Part shown: positions 60,687-64,000 of the stretch, one piece after another
Numbering within the stretch: the first letter of the stretch is position 1
How the letters are laid out: every line of letters begins with the position of its first letter
Assembly (NCBI RefSeq): GCF_030684315.1
Contig: NC_081370.1
Coordinates: forward strand, 5,283,879 to 5,347,878
DNA: 64,000 nt
Direction of reading: 5' to 3'
DNA from: Stegostoma tigrinum
Taxonomy: Eukaryota
The notes under the pieces: model-generated
Told to the model about the DNA's origin: nothing
Databases searched by the model: none
The model's input: the letters and a program-made list of their open reading frames with translations, nothing else
Position numbers and translations under genes: made by a program

Positions 60687-60822
60687 GTTTGAATTTGGAC
60701 CGCTCCAAATTGCACTTACTTCATGGGGATCCAGACGTCCAGAACTGGAATGACATTACAAATCAGGTGGTGCTGGAATTCACTCACTGTTATGCCCTTT
60801 TTGAAGTAGACCATTTCTCATG
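60687..60822 (+). CDS. PIDD1: PIDD1 exon 10 (second HFSW autoproteolysis site); gene continues beyond the right edge
   Basis: (G)LNLDRSKLHLLHGDPDVQNWNDITNQVVLEFTHCYALFEVDHFS(W); ttccag| and TG|gtaaga; 136 nt. Too short for the ORF track. Confidence 0.96.
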
Positions 60823-61130
60823 GTAAGATTTGTAATGGTTCCTTCCTTCTACTAAGTTTTTGAATATGGCACTTTTGGAATGTTCTGTCTTTGTAGCTGA
60901 TGAAGGTTATAAACAAGAAACAAGAATAGGACACTCAACCCTTTGAGATTGTTCTGCCATCCGATGAGATCGGGGCTGATCTGATTTTAACCCAACTCTC
61001 CACATCTGCATGTCCCCAGTAATCTTTCATTACCTTGCTAAGCTAGAACCTGCCTCCACATTAAAAACATCTATAGATTCTGCATCTGCTCCCTTTTAAA
61101 AAGAGGGAACTCTACAGACACTCTACCTTT

Positions 61131-61455
61131 AGGGTGGGATAGTGGCTCAGTGGTTAGCACTGCTGCCTCACAGCACCAGGGACCTGGGTTTGATTCCATT
61201 CTTGGGCAACTGTCTGTGAAATTTGTACATTCTCCCTGTGTCTGCATGGGTTTCCACCAGGCACATCAGTTTCCTTCCACAGTCCAGAGATGTACAGGGT
61301 GGGTGAATTGGCCATGCTATATTACCCATAGTGTCGGGGGATGTATCGGTTACCTGGATTAGCCATGGTTCATGCAGTGTTATGGGGATGGGTCGGGTTG
61401 GTATGGACTCATTGGGCCGAATGGCCTGTTTTCACACTCTAGGGATTCTGATTCT
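61131..61455 (+). mobile_element. HE1-type V-SINE inside a minus-strand CR1 3' fragment (about 60910-61640)
   Basis: gtggctcagtggttagcactgctgcctcacagc head and gggattctgattct tail. Confidence 0.82.
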
Positions 61456-64000
61456 GAGAGGGGAAAATGTTTCGTCATCTCTGTCTTAAATGGGAAAACC
61501 CTAGTTCTTGATTCCCCTACATATGGAACATTTTCTGTGTCCACCTGATTAAGTCCCCTCAGAATCTTGTGTTTCATTTCTGTCACCTCTGACCTTTCTA
61601 AACTCCGGAGACGATAAACCTAGGCTGTCTATCTTTTCCTCATGTGGAAAGGAGTGGCAAACATGTCATGTAATTTATATTGGGTTTAAGCTGATGCTGG
61701 GTAATTGGAACTGAGTTGACGCTGTGTTGTAACCTTTTGAGGGTAATTGATGAGTAAGGCAGCTCAGCAACATTCCAGGATCCTGTTGATCAAAGAAACA
61801 GTTAACCCAGTTTACTGTGAGATTTGGAGTGGTAAACCTGTCTTTGGAAGCTGGACACCTTTTTGCTACTTAACTCCTGACAGTTTAAAGCAAAATGTTC
61901 CCAAGGAATGAACTAGACAAATAGAAGGATGTTCACCGGTGAATTATATTTGTATGTTGAGCAGAATGCAAGCTGTAGACATATCTGTGAGCACACGCCC
62001 AAGTGCTTCAGCTTGGCTGTGAACTGTGCAAATATTTTGAGAGTGTAGCTGATTCTTGGGTGTCTAATTTTGGTACACTGGGTATTCTACTTTGGGAAAA
62101 TTGGAATATCTTAAGTGAAATCCTCGACCATTGGTTTAGAAACTTTTAAGCAGGGTGTTAGGTTTTCCAGGATATCAGCCTGCAAACTAACGATATAAAC
62201 ATCAACCTAAAGAATTTGCTGGAATGTTATGGAAATTGTATTGATAGTGAAGTCCCTGTCATAGCACTATAGCTCCAAAAGTCATTTGAAAAGTGCAATT
62301 TTAGAAACATTTTTCCAATTAAATAAATGGCCTGGGGCCTAAATCTGTTTAGTTTTGTATGTATTGTCAATTTGAGTGGGTGCCCAGGAATGCAGACTGA
62401 ATATAAATTGGACATAAAAGGCTATTTTGTTATGGAAGGGAACCAATTTGTTTGGCTCATGATTGCAGTTAAGTAACTACATAAAAATTCATTTGCAGTT
62501 CTGGATATGACAAAGCAACGTAGCTGGTTCTGTAGTAAAATGGCTTAAACAGCCACTGCCCTGACTACAGTTGACCGGATTTCCAAAGAAAAATGCTATT
62601 CATAGCAATAGGTGGGGCTGCAAAATAAACCATTTGACTTTATTTCCAGTGATGTGTGATGACTGAAGTGCAAAATATGTGCTTGATATTTGTTCTTTCA
62701 GCTGCTTTTTACTGGATAATGAATGCCGTATGTTTTCTTTCAAGTTAACTTTGCTGTTTTGTAGGCATTAAAAAGACAATGACTACACTTTAAAAGAAAC
62801 TTAAAGTTTGAGGCACCTGCAGAGGAGAGAAATGTAACCCCCAAGAATGTGTAGGAGGTGGAATGTACAATCTTAGATTTTTCAAGAATAATTATATTCC
62901 ACATCATGTAATCCAGCTTCTGAATCCACCCACCCCACCTTTTTTCCTGAAACAAAAATTGTTCAATCGCAAAGTGATCAAACAAAATGTAATTTTTTTT
63001 TAATGTTCTTATTCTTCATCCAGCAAGGTGTCCATCTGTGAGCACCTCCAGAATTTTCTTGGAGTAATTTTTTTTTTGAAACAATCTGACAATTGGTGAC
63101 TTGTGTCAATCCGCTTTAGTTTTGAAATTTTTTGTTTTTGTTTCTCACATTTCTTTTTTGCTAACAAAGTCAATCTTCAGTATTTTCTTAGCAACACCTT
63201 TTCCTGTAAGTACATTCTTTCCAATGAAATGGACATCTACATAATGCATTTTATGGGTAAATTTCTCATTGTCCTTTTGTATTGGATTTGTTTTAGAATA
63301 TTGGATAAATAAGCTTCTTTTGAGCTATGATCATCCTCGACTACCTTCAGTATTATCTTATTCTTGTTCTGCAATAGCTTTTAGTTGCCTTCCCCCACAT
63401 AGTTCCCTCTAATGCAGGCAGTAGCAGTACTCTGGGAACCTCCACGTGTGAGAGGTCACTTCTCCCCTCAAATAAGGTAGCCCGTGACCCCTCAGAGCAT
63501 GCACAGGTAGGACTTTCGTCCACACCCATCACCAGTTCAGATTTCCACCTCCATGGTTACTGTATTTTGATTAGATTTGAGTGCACAGTCTGGTGAGTAC
63601 AAAATTGACACACCTCTACAGCCACTGGCAGAATGAAATGCTCCAACTGTATGAGGACTGCTGGAGATGAGGTACCTACTCAGCCTCCTGCAGAAGATGT
63701 GCGCCTGTTGTCAGCTATAACCGACAGGCTCAACCTACAGAGACAGGCATAGGAACACCACCTTATTATTTAACAACAGCAGCAGTGGTCAAAGTGGCTG
63801 TCAGAACCTTTCAGTGTTAAAACACATAGGGGACATAGTCTGCCTTTCCACCACTGTTCGGCTCTATGAAAGCTATCAGATTGGAAATGCAGTTACAGAT
63901 TTCTTGGGGAATCTTGAATGAAACGTTGACTTAAAAATGTGAAGCTCCCTCCTTTTGCCCCTCCATGTTGACAATATGTCTAAGATTTTCATACCTCAGA

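Noticed and set aside
60823-64000. PIDD1 exon 11 (expected YWLWY-like start)
   Set aside because: No matching exon with an acceptor was found; it presumably lies beyond the window.

Overview
Vertebrate genomic DNA, almost certainly from a shark (inferred from HE1-type V-SINEs, Deu-domain SINEs, CR1 LINEs and elasmobranch-type Penelope-like elements). It holds three spliced genes in the same order and orientation as human 11p15.5: the first coding exon of PNPLA2/ATGL (minus strand, the rest lies left of the window), the complete RPLP2 gene (minus, 5 exons, 111 aa, 5'TOP start), and exons 1-10 of PIDD1 (plus; LRR, ZU5, both HFSW autoproteolysis motifs; continues past the right edge). Most ORF-track entries are repeat-derived or spurious. 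The most interesting signals are: (1) a second minus-strand TATA + 5'TOP + GTGAGT first exon at about 28.3 kb, divergent from PIDD1 and with no recognisable coding ORF, suggesting a candidate TOP-class non-coding gene; (2) many minimal hammerhead-ribozyme motifs in Penelope terminal repeats, including core-intact copies in a young TSD-flanked insertion in the RPLP2 promoter; (3) a p53-type element overlapping an in-frame uORF just upstream of the PIDD1 start; (4) structured intronic RNA candidates in RPLP2; (5) a 144-bp near-perfect inverted duplication, a ~160-bp direct duplication flanking PIDD1 exon 7, and a tRNA-Asp/CR1-tail chimera. All calls were made by eye; comparisons to human genes and repeat families are from memory, not database searches, and repeat boundaries are approximate.
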